A stretch of 64,000 bases of DNA from assembly GCA_042216925.1 (NCBI GenBank), contig JBDGTJ010000012.1:1424-65423 (forward strand), given 5' to 3'. How positions within the stretch are numbered: position 1 is the stretch's first letter; each line of letters starts with the position of its first letter. Shown here piece by piece: positions 1 to 9,167 of the stretch. The translations under genes were made by a program, and so were the position numbers. The notes under the pieces are model-generated. The model searched no databases, was not told where the DNA came from, and was given only the letters and a program-made list of their open reading frames with translations. This DNA comes from Halobacteriaceae archaeon (GTDB taxonomy: Archaea > Halobacteriota > Halobacteria > Halobacteriales > Halobacteriaceae).

Positions 1-157
1 CGAGGAGGGTCTGTTTGTCTGCGCCGGCCGTGAACCCGTCGACCAGGGCGTCGATCGCGTCGGGTTGGTCGCCGGCGGGGTCGAACGGGGCGTCGACGCG
101 GAACGGGCGGTCCGCGTCGGGGTGGTCGGGAGACAGGGGCCCGTCGGGGTCGGTCAT
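1..157 (-). CDS. uvrB: Excinuclease ABC subunit B (UvrB), first 52 codons; the gene continues past the window start
   Basis: My translation of the minus strand from the ATG (complement of 155-157) gives [52 protein letters not shown]. PxGDQPxAI...QTLL is the conserved UvrB N-terminus just before the Walker A motif. It is not in the ORF track because there is no stop in the window. Confidence 0.8.
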   Translation of the reverse strand, partial: MTDPDGPLSPDHPDADRPFRVDAPFDPAGDQPDAIDALVDGFTAGADKQTLL

Positions 158-227
158 CACCGGATGGAGGGCGCCCAGGCATTTCACCGGTTCGGCTCGA
201 CCCCGAACAGTTATTGAGTACTCGGCG

Positions 228-581
228 ATGGTCTGGCCTGTGTTCGAGACACTCGTACCGTATCGGGGACAGCGCCTGGGGTTGGTGGGGGCGGCACTGG
301 TCGCCGTGTCGGCGTTCGTCTCCTGGACGGGGGCGGCGGTGGTGGCTCCGACCGGGACGCGGTGGGTGGTGGTGGGCACGGGGTTCCTGGCGTGGGTGAC
401 GATCCTGTTCGCGGCCTGGAGCGATCGCGCCCAGTTGGTGGTCTCGGCGGCCGGCGCACTCGTCCTCGGTGTCCTCATCGACCACCTCACCGCGGGCCCT
501 CCGGGGGTGGGCGTGTACCTCGCGGGCGGTGGTGGCCTCCTGCTGGTGCTGGGTGGGGCCCTGGATTATCTCGAGGGGTGA
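228..581 (+). CDS. Small integral membrane protein (hypothetical)
   Basis: Internal ATG of ORF 15..581. From MVWPVFETL onward there are about four hydrophobic helices ([33 protein letters not shown], and others). The upstream part of the ORF is Arg/Ser-rich and overlaps the uvrB start. Confidence 0.5.
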   Translation: MVWPVFETLVPYRGQRLGLVGAALVAVSAFVSWTGAAVVAPTGTRWVVVGTGFLAWVTILFAAWSDRAQLVVSAAGALVLGVLIDHLTAGPPGVGVYLAGGGGLLLVLGGALDYLEG

Positions 582-620
582 GGCCAACGGTTTTGCCGGG
601 TGCGTGCCTACGACTCTGGT

Positions 621-893
621 ATGTCACGTCCGGAACTGCGGGAGGCCAGTGACGTCCTGCGGCGGGCGGCCGAACAGGTGACCGACCCCGACACCGAGGC
701 CAGGGTCTACGAGCAGTCGCGGGCACTCGCAGAGCTGGCGACCGCCGACCGGGGGCCGGACCAGGGGCGATTGGACCGGCACCGCCACGCCTTGACAGAG
801 ATCGCAGACGGTCTGGATGGCGAGCCCGAGACCCTCGTCGCGGAGGCCGCGGACTTGGTCCAGGAGTACCGGGAGGGAGTCGGGGGCGTCTAG
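621..893 (+). CDS. Small acidic cytoplasmic protein (hypothetical, helical)
   Basis: ORF 600..893 with the ATG at 621 (MSRPELREASDVLRRAAEQV...). The composition is acidic as in haloarchaeal proteins. I recognise no domain. Confidence 0.55.
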   Translation: MSRPELREASDVLRRAAEQVTDPDTEARVYEQSRALAELATADRGPDQGRLDRHRHALTEIADGLDGEPETLVAEAADLVQEYREGVGGV

Positions 894-1513
894 CAGACGG
901 GTTTCGGGTTGACGCCGAGTCCCTCGAGGGTGTCGACGTAGTCCTCGTAGGCGGTCTGGATGGCCGCCGTTGCGGCGGTGGCGGCGGCGTCGTAGTCGGC
1001 GTCGGTCTCGGAGTAGGTCTCGAGGAGGGATTCGGCGCGATCGCGTTGATCCTCTAGGTCGGTACCGAGTTCTCGGAACAGGTCGGCGAGTTGCGGGTTG
1101 GCCTGCCCGACGAAGTAACCGGTGTACTGGTCTTTCGATCGGGAGGCGGCGAGGGTGCGGCCGATGAACGCGCCGATCCTGGTGGCGGTGGTCGTCTGCT
1201 CGCGGAGGTACACGTGGATCGGCGGTGGTTCGCCGGGGGTGTGCTCGGTCTCGAGGACGGCGAGGACGCTGTCGTAGTGGTCGCGTTCCTCCGCAGCGGT
1301 CTCGGCCCAGGCGTCGGCGGCGGCCGCGTCGGCGGCCGCCCACTGTCGGTAGGTTTCGGCGGCGTGGAACTCGGCGTCGGCGGCGGCCCGCAACACCGTC
1401 GAGTCCTCGAGGTCGCCGTCGGTGTACGCGAACAACGCCTTCGAGGATCCCAACCGGGAGAGGGCGGTCTGGTTGTCGGCGGCGACCTCGTCGATGAACG
1501 TCTCGGAGGTCAT
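890..1513 (-). CDS. Hypothetical protein, possibly ferritin-like/rubrerythrin-family, co-transcribed with a rhodanese
   Basis: C-terminal 207 codons of ORF 890..1942, starting at MTSETFIDEV (ATG complement of 1511-1513). The start lies 1 nt after the rhodanese stop (TGAgATG). It is a helical acidic protein with an ERDH (ExxH) motif and ends in ...NPKPVC. The product name is tentative. Confidence 0.6.
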   Translation of the reverse strand: MTSETFIDEVAADNQTALSRLGSSKALFAYTDGDLEDSTVLRAAADAEFHAAETYRQWAAADAAAADAWAETAAEERDHYDSVLAVLETEHTPGEPPPIHVYLREQTTTATRIGAFIGRTLAASRSKDQYTGYFVGQANPQLADLFRELGTDLEDQRDRAESLLETYSETDADYDAAATAATAAIQTAYEDYVDTLEGLGVNPKPVC

Positions 1514-1514
1514 C

Positions 1515-2381
1515 TCACTCGGCGTCGCCGGTCTCGACGGGTGCACCGACGAGGTTGCCCCATTCGGTCCAGGATCCGTCGTAGTTGACGACGTCGTCCC
1601 AGCCCAGGAGTTCGTGCATGGCAAACCACGCGATCGAGGAGCGTTCCCCGATGCGGCAGTAGGCGATGACGTTCTGGTCGTCGTCGACCCCTTCGCTCTC
1701 GTAGAGGTCACGCAGTTCCTCGGCGGATTTGAAGGTGCCGTCGGCGTTGACGGTGGCGGCCCAGGAGATGTTCTTGGCGCCGGGGACGTGGCCGCCGCGT
1801 TGGGCGGTCTCCTGGAGGCCGGGCGGGGCGAGGATCTCGCCGCGGAATTCCTCGGGACTGCGGACGTCGACAAGCGGGAGGCCGCGGTCGATGGCGAGGT
1901 CGACGTCTTCCTTGTAGGCGCGGATGCTCTCGAAGGGGCCACGCGCGTCGTACGCGACGGCCGGGTAGTCCGGCACCTCCTCGGTGAGGGGGTAGTCGTT
2001 GTCCAGCCAGTAGTCCCGGCCGCCGTCCATCAGGCGGACGTCCTCGTGGCCGTAGTACTTGAACTGCCAGTACGTGTAGGCCGCAAACCAGTTGCTGTTG
2101 TCCCCGTACAGGACGACGGTCGAGTCCTCGGTGATGCCGTGCTCGCCGAGCAACCCCTCGAAGTCCTCCTTCGAGAGGATGTCCCGGGTCGTCTGGTCCT
2201 GGAGTTGGGTCTCCCAGTTGAACCCGATGGCGCCCGGGGCGTGGGCGTCCTCGTATGCCTCGGTGTCGACGTCGACTTCGACGAGGCGGTACTCGGGATC
2301 GTCGGTCTGGAACGCGTCGAGATGGTCGGCGACCCAGTCCGCGGTCACCAGCACATCTTTGGCGTAATCATTCTCAGCCAT
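1515..2381 (-). CDS. Thiosulfate/3-mercaptopyruvate sulfurtransferase (two-domain rhodanese)
   Basis: 288 aa with a tandem rhodanese architecture and the active-site loop YCRIGERSS near the C-terminus. It resembles SseA/TST-type proteins. Confidence 0.9.
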   Translation of the reverse strand: MAENDYAKDVLVTADWVADHLDAFQTDDPEYRLVEVDVDTEAYEDAHAPGAIGFNWETQLQDQTTRDILSKEDFEGLLGEHGITEDSTVVLYGDNSNWFAAYTYWQFKYYGHEDVRLMDGGRDYWLDNDYPLTEEVPDYPAVAYDARGPFESIRAYKEDVDLAIDRGLPLVDVRSPEEFRGEILAPPGLQETAQRGGHVPGAKNISWAATVNADGTFKSAEELRDLYESEGVDDDQNVIAYCRIGERSSIAWFAMHELLGWDDVVNYDGSWTEWGNLVGAPVETGDAE

Positions 2382-2483
2382 ATGAGGGACTTATGCAATG
2401 AAGCCACAAAAACGGGGCGCCCCGGGCAAGAACCGTCACGGTCGACCGGGGAAGTGACAACCACGGCGATCATACCCTCGAGT

Positions 2484-3263
2484 ATGGAGGCCGAGCTCGT
2501 GGTCGACGCCGCCTGGGTCGCCGATCACCTGGACAGCGTGGTCCCCGTGGACGTCCGGGAGCCCTGGGAATTCGAGGGTATCGGCCACCTGCCCGGTGCG
2601 GTGAACGTCCCCTTCGAGTCGTTCCGGGACGCCGATGCGCCGACGCCCGGAACGCTTCCCACGGCCGAGGCGTGGGCGACGCTCCTTGGTGAGGTGGGGA
2701 TCGCCCCGGATGTGACGCTGGTGGCCTACGACGACATGCACGGCGTGTTCGCGGCGCGGTTCGTGGTCACCGCTTGGGTCTACGGGCATCGCTCCGTCCA
2801 CCTGTTGAACGGGGACTACAGCGCGTGGGCCCAGGACCATGCGGTCGAGACGACGTCGTCGACGGTACCACCCACGGAGTACCCGATCCCCAGTTTCGAC
2901 GAATCGGTGTTCGTCGACGCCGACACGGTCGCTGCCGCCGCCACGGCCTCGGATGCGGTGCTCGTGGATACGCGGTCCCCCGAGGAGTTCCGCGAGGGCC
3001 ATATCGCTGGTGCGGTGAACCTCGACTGGGTCGAACTCGTCGAGGACTCCACCCGGCGGCTCCGGGATCGATCGGAGCTCGAGGCGGTGCTGGCCGACCG
3101 CGGGATCACGGCGGACAAGCGCGTGGTGTTGTACTGTAACACCGCCCGACGCATCAGTCACACGTACGTCGTCTTACGGTGGCTCGGATTCGACGACATC
3201 GGGTTCTACGAGGGGAGTCTCACCGAGTGGGCGGCACAGGACAGGCCCGTCGTCGAGGAGTGA
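2484..3263 (+). CDS. Sulfurtransferase (two-domain rhodanese), divergent paralog
   Basis: Internal ATG at 2484 (MEAELVVDAAWVADHLD...) of ORF 1422..3263. It has two rhodanese domains and the catalytic loop YCNTARRIS. The upstream part of the ORF is antisense to the neighbouring rhodanese. Confidence 0.85.
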   Translation: MEAELVVDAAWVADHLDSVVPVDVREPWEFEGIGHLPGAVNVPFESFRDADAPTPGTLPTAEAWATLLGEVGIAPDVTLVAYDDMHGVFAARFVVTAWVYGHRSVHLLNGDYSAWAQDHAVETTSSTVPPTEYPIPSFDESVFVDADTVAAAATASDAVLVDTRSPEEFREGHIAGAVNLDWVELVEDSTRRLRDRSELEAVLADRGITADKRVVLYCNTARRISHTYVVLRWLGFDDIGFYEGSLTEWAAQDRPVVEE

Positions 3264-3713
3264 TCGATCGCGCACCCAAACCCCACCCACCCGATCTCCC
3301 ACGGTCGGGAGAGGGATGCCCGATTCACTCCGTGTCTGCACCAGCGGGGGATCCCGAACCCCCTGGAGTCACGGTGGCTGGTGACCACCGTCGCGGTGGA
3401 ATGTGACGAGTCAACCGTATTCCTCGGTTCCGGTCGGTCGAGGTGGCCCACAGATCCGAGGCGCTCGTCGGTCGGGGGAGAGGCCGTTCCGCATCTTCCG
3501 CGTTTAGATGGCTCCAGTCCCTAGGCGGGGCGTATTCCAGAACCGTCCGGTGATCACCAGTGTCCTGGACGCACCGCACCCACGCGAGCCCCAACGGATG
3601 ACCGACGAACGGTCGGATCCCTCCGAGGGACTCTCCGCCCCAAGAAGCGACGAGACCCGTATCCCCAGGAGCGGTACGCCGCACTGACCGACCGGGTCGT
3701 CCATAGCGTCGAG

Positions 3714-4100
3714 TTGGCCGCCGCGACGGTGTTCGCCGTGCTGTTCGCCATCGGCGTGGTCGATCTGGAGATCCAGATATTCGAGGCGGCCCGCTCGGGC
3801 GCCATCACCGACCCCCTGGTTGTCATCGGCTTCATCGACACCGGCCTGCTGTTACTCATCATCGTCGAGGTGTATCAGACAGTGCTGGCGTCCGTCCGCG
3901 AGAACGAGACCCGTCAGATCGTCCGGCTGGTCATCTACACCGGTGTCATCGCCATGGTCCGGAAAGCCATCATCTTCCGCACCGGCGAGTACGAGACCCT
4001 GGAGAACGCGTTGATGGCCGCCGGCTCGTCCACCCTCATCATCTTCGGCCTGGTCGCGCTCCTGTTCACCGAACGGGTGTTTAGTGACCGCTACGAGTGA
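3714..4100 (+). CDS. PsiE-like (phosphate-starvation-inducible E family) membrane protein; start uncertain
   Basis: 128 aa with four TM helices and the PsiE-like core IGFIDTGLLLLIIVEVYQTV...IAMVRK. The only in-frame start is TTG 3714, yet conserved-looking sequence (ERYAALTDRVVHSVE) continues upstream in the same frame. See findings. Confidence 0.7.
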   Translation: MAAATVFAVLFAIGVVDLEIQIFEAARSGAITDPLVVIGFIDTGLLLLIIVEVYQTVLASVRENETRQIVRLVIYTGVIAMVRKAIIFRTGEYETLENALMAAGSSTLIIFGLVALLFTERVFSDRYE

Positions 4101-4387
4101 GCCACCGCCTCTTCGACTGTCCGCGTCCGGGACCCACGCTCAGCTCCGCCTGGCGACGCCACCGAGGACGTCGTCGGAGCCCCGGGATGGCTCCCCCGTC
4201 ATCGACGGCGCGGAAGCCGAACCCCGCAGGCCAGGAGCCCATCCCCGGAGCCGGCACTGGAATGATCCCCCCGGTGGGGCCTGCCACGAAACGCGGTCTC
4301 CCTGGTCGGGGACGCATGGCGTTCGGCCACGCCCCAGCCCATACCGAAGAACCGGACTTAAGTACAACCGGGTTTAACAACCCAGTT

Positions 4388-5452
4388 ATGAAGCGTCGGC
4401 GGTTCCTCAGACGGGTCGGTGGCGGCGCGGCCGTCACCGGCCTGGCCGGCTGCATCAGCTCCCCCGGCGCCAGCGGGGACGACCCGCTCCGCGTCGCGAC
4501 CTACCCCGCCTTCGTCGACGCGGTCAGCACCGAGGCCGGGGGCTGGGTGAAACAGGAGTTCCAAGCGCGGTACGACCGTGAACTCCGGTGGTTCGCCCCG
4601 GAACAGGAACTCGATTACTTCATCCAGCGCGCCCAAGCAGGCGTCGAAATCGACGCCGACATGTACCTCGGGTTGACCCCCACGGACCTCGCGCGCACCG
4701 ACACCAACCTCGACCAGGACCTGTTCCAACCCCTGGACACCGACACCATCGAGGGCTACGACGGCGTGATCGACTCACTGCTGTTCGACCCCCAAGACCG
4801 GGTCGTCCCCGTCGGCACCTCCTATGTCTGTCTGGTGTATAACTCCGAGGCCTTCGATCAGCCGCCGACCACCTTCGAGGACCTGACCGATCCCGCCTAT
4901 GCGGGTGACCTTTTGCTCTCCAGTCCCGACGGCAGTCAGACGGGCCTTGACTTCCTGTACTGGACGATCCACAACTTCGGGGAAAACGGGTACCTCGACT
5001 ACTGGGATCGTCTCGTCCAGAACGACGTCCGGATCCTCGGCAGCTGGAACGCAGCGTACGGTGCGTACAGCAAGAAACAACGACCGATGGTTGTTTCCTT
5101 CTCGACCGATCAAATCTACGCCGTCCAGTACGACCTCCCGATGCACCGCCACCAGGTCGGCTTCCTCAACAACCAGGGGTACGCCTACATCGACGGCATC
5201 GGCAAGTTCGCGAACGCCGACCGGCCCGAGGCCGCCGACGATTTCATCGAGTTCCTCCTGAACCCGTCGGTCAACGCCGAGATCGCGAAACGCAACATCG
5301 GCCAACCCACCGTCGAGGGTGCCTCCCTCCCCCCGGACCTCCAGGAACTGACGTACACGCCCGAGGAACGCGTGGTGTTCGGGTACGATAGGCTGAAGGG
5401 TAACGTCGCCGACTGGGTCGACGCGTGGTCGAAACAGATCGCGGGCAGCTGA
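4388..5452 (+). CDS. ABC transporter substrate-binding lipoprotein (thiamine/Fe(III) TbpA-FbpA type)
   Basis: ATG at 4388 gives MKRRRFLRRVGGGAAVTGLAGC, a twin-arginine signal followed by a lipobox Cys. The mature part is a periplasmic-binding-protein fold, and the permease and ATPase follow directly. Substrate assignment is tentative. Confidence 0.85.
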   Translation: MKRRRFLRRVGGGAAVTGLAGCISSPGASGDDPLRVATYPAFVDAVSTEAGGWVKQEFQARYDRELRWFAPEQELDYFIQRAQAGVEIDADMYLGLTPTDLARTDTNLDQDLFQPLDTDTIEGYDGVIDSLLFDPQDRVVPVGTSYVCLVYNSEAFDQPPTTFEDLTDPAYAGDLLLSSPDGSQTGLDFLYWTIHNFGENGYLDYWDRLVQNDVRILGSWNAAYGAYSKKQRPMVVSFSTDQIYAVQYDLPMHRHQVGFLNNQGYAYIDGIGKFANADRPEAADDFIEFLLNPSVNAEIAKRNIGQPTVEGASLPPDLQELTYTPEERVVFGYDRLKGNVADWVDAWSKQIAGS

Positions 5453-7260
5453 CCCGGATCGGTCGTCGGGGGCGAACGTGGCTCGAACGCCACGCCCTCG
5501 CAGTCACCGGCGTCCTGACCGCGGTCTTACTCACGGTGTTTTTCTACTACCCGGTCCTCACGGTCCTGGTCGAAGCCGTTGTCACCCCCGCCGGGGTCAC
5601 CGTCCACCGGTTCGTCTTGGTGGTCACCTCCGAGTTCTACTTCGGCTGGATCGCCACCCTCCTCACCGCTCCCGCCACGGCCCTCGACAGCGCAGCCGCG
5701 TGGCTGGCCGCTCTCGTCACCGGCCCCTTCGACGCCCTCCCATCGATCACCCCCGGGACGATGGGGCTGTTCGTGTTCACCGCCGCCCAGGCCCTGTTGT
5801 CGACGGTCGCCAGCGTCGTCCTCGGTGTCCCGGCAGCCTACATCCTCGCCCGATACGAGTTCCGTGGTCGCGAGACGGTTCGTTCGCTGACCGCCCTCCC
5901 GTTCGTGATGCCATCGATCGTCGTCGCCATCGGGTTCGTCGCAACGTTCGGCCGCACCGGCGTCCTCAACCAGGCCCTGGTCGCCGTCGGCCTCGACCGG
6001 CTTGGATTGATGTACAGCCTCGAGATCATCATCCTCGCTCACGCCTTCTACAACGCCCCACTCGTGGCTCGGGTGACCACCGCCGCCTGGGAGAGCGTCG
6101 ACGCCAGCCTCCAGGAGACCGCCCGCAGCCTCGGCGCGACGCCCCGGCGAGCGTTCCGGGATGTCGTCGTGCCACAGCTTCTACCAGCCGTGTTGACCGG
6201 GGCCTTGCTCACGTTCGTCTTCACGTTCCTGACCTTCCCCATCGTATTGACGCTGGGCGGATTCCAGCTGTCGACGGTCGAGGTCTGGGTCTACCACGAG
6301 GTCCAACAACTCGACTACGGGGAGGCAGCCACGCTCGCCGTCCTCGAGACCGTGGTCTCGCTTGGGTTGACGTATGCCTACCTCCGGTACGAGGCCGCCC
6401 AACGCCGTGTCCAGCGTGCGGTGCGACCGCTGGCCCGGCGGCGTATCTGGAGTGCCCCACCACTGGTGCGGGCCGGGATCGTCGGGTACGCCGTCGTCGC
6501 CGCGGTCGTGTTCGTCGTGCCGATGGGGAGTATGATCATCGCCAGCCTCACGAACGCCACCGGCCCGACGCTGGCCCACTACGCGTTCCTCGTCCACCGC
6601 CAGGCAGAGGCGTTTGCCTTCCAGGTAAAACCGTTCACCGCCGTCCTCAACTCAGTCTTGTTCGCAATCGGAGCATTGGCGTTGGCGGTACCCATGGGCG
6701 TGGCCGTCGCGGTACTATCGACCCGCGGTGGTCGTGGCCGGCGCCTCCTGGAGGCCGTGGCGATGGCGCCGTTTGCCGTCAGCGGCATCGTCGTCGGCCT
6801 CGGCCTGTTGCGCGGGTTGGTGTTTGGCATCACCGTCGCCGGACACCGGCTCCAGGTCACGGGGGCGGTCGCGATCGTGGCCGCCCACGCGGTGGCAGCC
6901 TACCCGTTCGTCACCCGGAACGTCTCACCGATGCTCGCCCGGATCGACCCGCAGGTCGTCGAATCCGCGCGCTCGTTGGGCGCCTCCCGCGTGCGAGCGT
7001 TACTCGACGTGGAGTTGCCACTCGTCGTCTCCGGCGTCGTCGCGGGTGCGGCGTTCGCGTTCGCGATCAGCATGGGCGAGTTCGACGCGACCGTTGTCCT
7101 GGCCACCGGCGGGGATTACTACACGATGCCGGTGGCGATCGAACGGTACACCGGCCGGCAACTCGGGCCCGCGACGGCGATGGGGACGATCCTGTTGGGT
7201 GTGACCGCGATCAGTTTCCTCGTCATCGACCGCTTCGGCGGGGTGTTCGACCGTGGTTGA
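5425..7260 (+). CDS. ABC transporter permease, fused double (12-TM) ThiP/FbpB type
   Basis: 611 aa with two repeated MetI-like permease halves. The GTG start overlaps the end of the binding-protein gene and the stop overlaps the ATPase start. Confidence 0.85.
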   Translation: MVETDRGQLTRIGRRGRTWLERHALAVTGVLTAVLLTVFFYYPVLTVLVEAVVTPAGVTVHRFVLVVTSEFYFGWIATLLTAPATALDSAAAWLAALVTGPFDALPSITPGTMGLFVFTAAQALLSTVASVVLGVPAAYILARYEFRGRETVRSLTALPFVMPSIVVAIGFVATFGRTGVLNQALVAVGLDRLGLMYSLEIIILAHAFYNAPLVARVTTAAWESVDASLQETARSLGATPRRAFRDVVVPQLLPAVLTGALLTFVFTFLTFPIVLTLGGFQLSTVEVWVYHEVQQLDYGEAATLAVLETVVSLGLTYAYLRYEAAQRRVQRAVRPLARRRIWSAPPLVRAGIVGYAVVAAVVFVVPMGSMIIASLTNATGPTLAHYAFLVHRQAEAFAFQVKPFTAVLNSVLFAIGALALAVPMGVAVAVLSTRGGRGRRLLEAVAMAPFAVSGIVVGLGLLRGLVFGITVAGHRLQVTGAVAIVAAHAVAAYPFVTRNVSPMLARIDPQVVESARSLGASRVRALLDVELPLVVSGVVAGAAFAFAISMGEFDATVVLATGGDYYTMPVAIERYTGRQLGPATAMGTILLGVTAISFLVIDRFGGVFDRG

Positions 7261-8326
7261 GGTGACCCTGGATGGGGTGAGTAAAGCCTACGGGGGAACG
7301 GACGCCCTGGCGGACGTGTCCCTGGCGATCGACGACGGCGAGTTCTTCACCCTCGTCGGCCCATCGGGGTGTGGGAAGACGACGACCCTTCGGTTACTCG
7401 CCGGGTTCGAGTCCCCGACCGCTGGCACCATCCGGTTTGGCGGCGAGGACGTCGCCGGTGTCCCGCCCGAACGACGGGATGTCGGTATCGTCTTCCAGAA
7501 CTACGCGCTGTTCCCGACGATGACGGTGTGGGAGAACGTCGCCTACGGGTTACGGTTCCGAGACCCGCCGGGAGATGGCTCCATCGACGAACGGGTGTCG
7601 TCGTTACTCGATCTCGTCGATCTCACGGGGATGGGCGACCGTGACCCCGACGCGTTGTCGGGTGGCCAACGCCAACGTGTCGCCCTCGCCCGGGCGTTGG
7701 CGCCCGGCCCCTCGGTCCTGTTGTTGGACGAACCGATGAGTGCCCTGGACGCTCGATTGCGCCAACGGTTGCGGGTGCAGATCACCGAGATCCAGTCGGC
7801 CCTGGACATCACCACGGTGTATGTCACCCACGACCAGGCCGAGGCCCTCGCGATTAGCGATCGGGTGGCCGTGGTCAACGACGGTCGGGTCGAGCAGGTC
7901 GCCGACCCGGAGACGGTCTACCGAGAACCCGCAAGTCGGTTCGTCGCCGGATTCGTCGGGGACAACAACCTCCTCGATGGTGAGATCACCGCGGTGGACC
8001 CGCCGATCATGACGGTCGAGGACACCCAGATCACGTTGCCCCCATCCGTCGATGTCGCGGTGGGCGACCGGGTGACGGCGTGTCTCCGACCCGAGGCCCT
8101 CTCCCTCGAGCGTGGGGCCTCAACGTTGGCGGCCGAGGTCGACCACGTGGAGTTTCTGGGGGACGCCTACCGCCTCCACTGTACCTGGGCGGGACGGGAC
8201 CTCCTCGTGAAGACGGCGACGCCGGCATCCGGGGAGGTGACCGTCGGCATCGACCCGGCCTCGATCCACGTGTTGCCCGCCGGCCGGGACTACTCGAGCA
8301 GTGATTCGGTCTCGCCGACGAGTTGA
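7253..8326 (+). CDS. ABC transporter ATP-binding protein with C-terminal TOBE-like domain
   Basis: Walker A GPSGCGKTT, signature LSGGQRQRVALARAL, Walker B LLLDEP and an H-loop. The length of 357 aa is typical of PotA/FbpC-type importer ATPases. Confidence 0.92.
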   Translation: MVEVTLDGVSKAYGGTDALADVSLAIDDGEFFTLVGPSGCGKTTTLRLLAGFESPTAGTIRFGGEDVAGVPPERRDVGIVFQNYALFPTMTVWENVAYGLRFRDPPGDGSIDERVSSLLDLVDLTGMGDRDPDALSGGQRQRVALARALAPGPSVLLLDEPMSALDARLRQRLRVQITEIQSALDITTVYVTHDQAEALAISDRVAVVNDGRVEQVADPETVYREPASRFVAGFVGDNNLLDGEITAVDPPIMTVEDTQITLPPSVDVAVGDRVTACLRPEALSLERGASTLAAEVDHVEFLGDAYRLHCTWAGRDLLVKTATPASGEVTVGIDPASIHVLPAGRDYSSSDSVSPTS

Positions 8327-8604
8327 TGCAAGGAGCCCTCGGCCACGAAGTGCTCGGCGTCTGCCTCCATCGCCGCGGCCGCATCGGAGGCCATGGCCGT
8401 CCGGAACGCCGCCCGATCGGGAAACTGTAATCTGGCGATGCCGTCCCATGGAGCGCGATCCGGGTCCTTCGGGAAGGTCACCTCGTAGGCCTCGAGTTCG
8501 GGGAGATCGGCGACGAGGGGCGCGTGTTCCTCCCGGTAGTACCGGCGGAGATCGTCGGTGCTCAGGTCGTCCCGACCGTCGAAGGCGACGAGTAACGTGG
8601 TCAC
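8290..8604 (-). CDS. EthD family protein
   Basis: 104 aa (MTTLLVAFDGRDDLSTDDLRRYYREEHAPLV...). Size and pattern fit the EthD/dimeric alpha-beta barrel family. It overlaps the ABC ATPase 3' end convergently by 37 nt. Confidence 0.65.
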   Translation of the reverse strand: MTTLLVAFDGRDDLSTDDLRRYYREEHAPLVADLPELEAYEVTFPKDPDRAPWDGIARLQFPDRAAFRTAMASDAAAAMEADAEHFVAEGSLHQLVGETESLLE

Positions 8605-8678
8605 ACCGTCCGATGCCAGCGAACCGGCATAACCCCACCGGCGTGGAAGCTATGTACCCCCGGCGTCAGGCCTGGAAT

Positions 8679-9122
8679 ATGGTCGAAGGCCGACGAGGGC
8701 GACGGTACGCCCTCGCCGACTCCGCCCAGCAGGTGGTGGGCGCGGTCCTGTTAGCGGGACCGTTCGTCGTCACCGAGGAGGTGTGGGTCCTGGCCGCAAA
8801 CATGACCGTAGCCCACGCCGCGGTCACGGTCGGCTTCGTGGTCGCGATCGGGTACGGCGCCCTGTACAAGGCCGACGACGACCGCGACCCGGACCGGGAG
8901 GTCGAACTCGGTGGGGTGCCCGTTCGGTTCCTCTCGTTGATGGCGGTGTCCTATGGTTCGGTCCTGTTGTTGGCCCTGTCGTTGACGGCGCCCAGCACCT
9001 TCGCAGCGGTCGTCGGCGGCATCGACACCCAGGTGGAGGAAGCGATCTTCACGGCGAAGGCGGTCAGTGTCGGGGCGATCTTCTCGGTGGTCGGGGCGGC
9101 GACGGCTGATAGCGTGTTCTGA
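8679..9122 (+). CDS. DUF2391-like integral membrane protein
   Basis: Internal ATG (MVEGRRGRRYALADSAQQVVGAVLLAGPFVVTEEVW...) of ORF 8301..9122. The QQxVGxxLLAGPFVVTEEVW motif and four TM helices support the call. The alternative ATG at 8652 is possible. Confidence 0.65.
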   Translation: MVEGRRGRRYALADSAQQVVGAVLLAGPFVVTEEVWVLAANMTVAHAAVTVGFVVAIGYGALYKADDDRDPDREVELGGVPVRFLSLMAVSYGSVLLLALSLTAPSTFAAVVGGIDTQVEEAIFTAKAVSVGAIFSVVGAATADSVF

Positions 9123-9167
9123 CCCGAGTGCGGCACCCTTAACCGCTCGCTACAGTAACGCGATGGT

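Noticed and set aside
3325-3684. 119-aa and 102-aa minus-strand ORFs in the spacer upstream of the psiE-like gene.
   Set aside because: They are basic, Arg/Trp/Pro-rich translations unlike the acidic proteome, and I recognise no motifs. They are likely chance ORFs in GC-rich non-coding DNA.
4101-4387. A possible TPP (THI-box) riboswitch upstream of the thiamine/Fe-type ABC binding protein.
   Set aside because: I looked for the conserved CUGAGA and ACCUGAUCUGGAUAAUGCCAGCG-like cores on the plus strand and found neither. The substrate assignment of the transporter is itself uncertain. A cmscan would be decisive.
5478-7265. A 595-aa ORF in an alternate frame across the ABC permease gene.
   Set aside because: It is extremely Arg/Pro/Gly-rich with no hydrophobic helices or motifs. 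It is a typical high-GC shadow frame of the real permease at 5425..7260.
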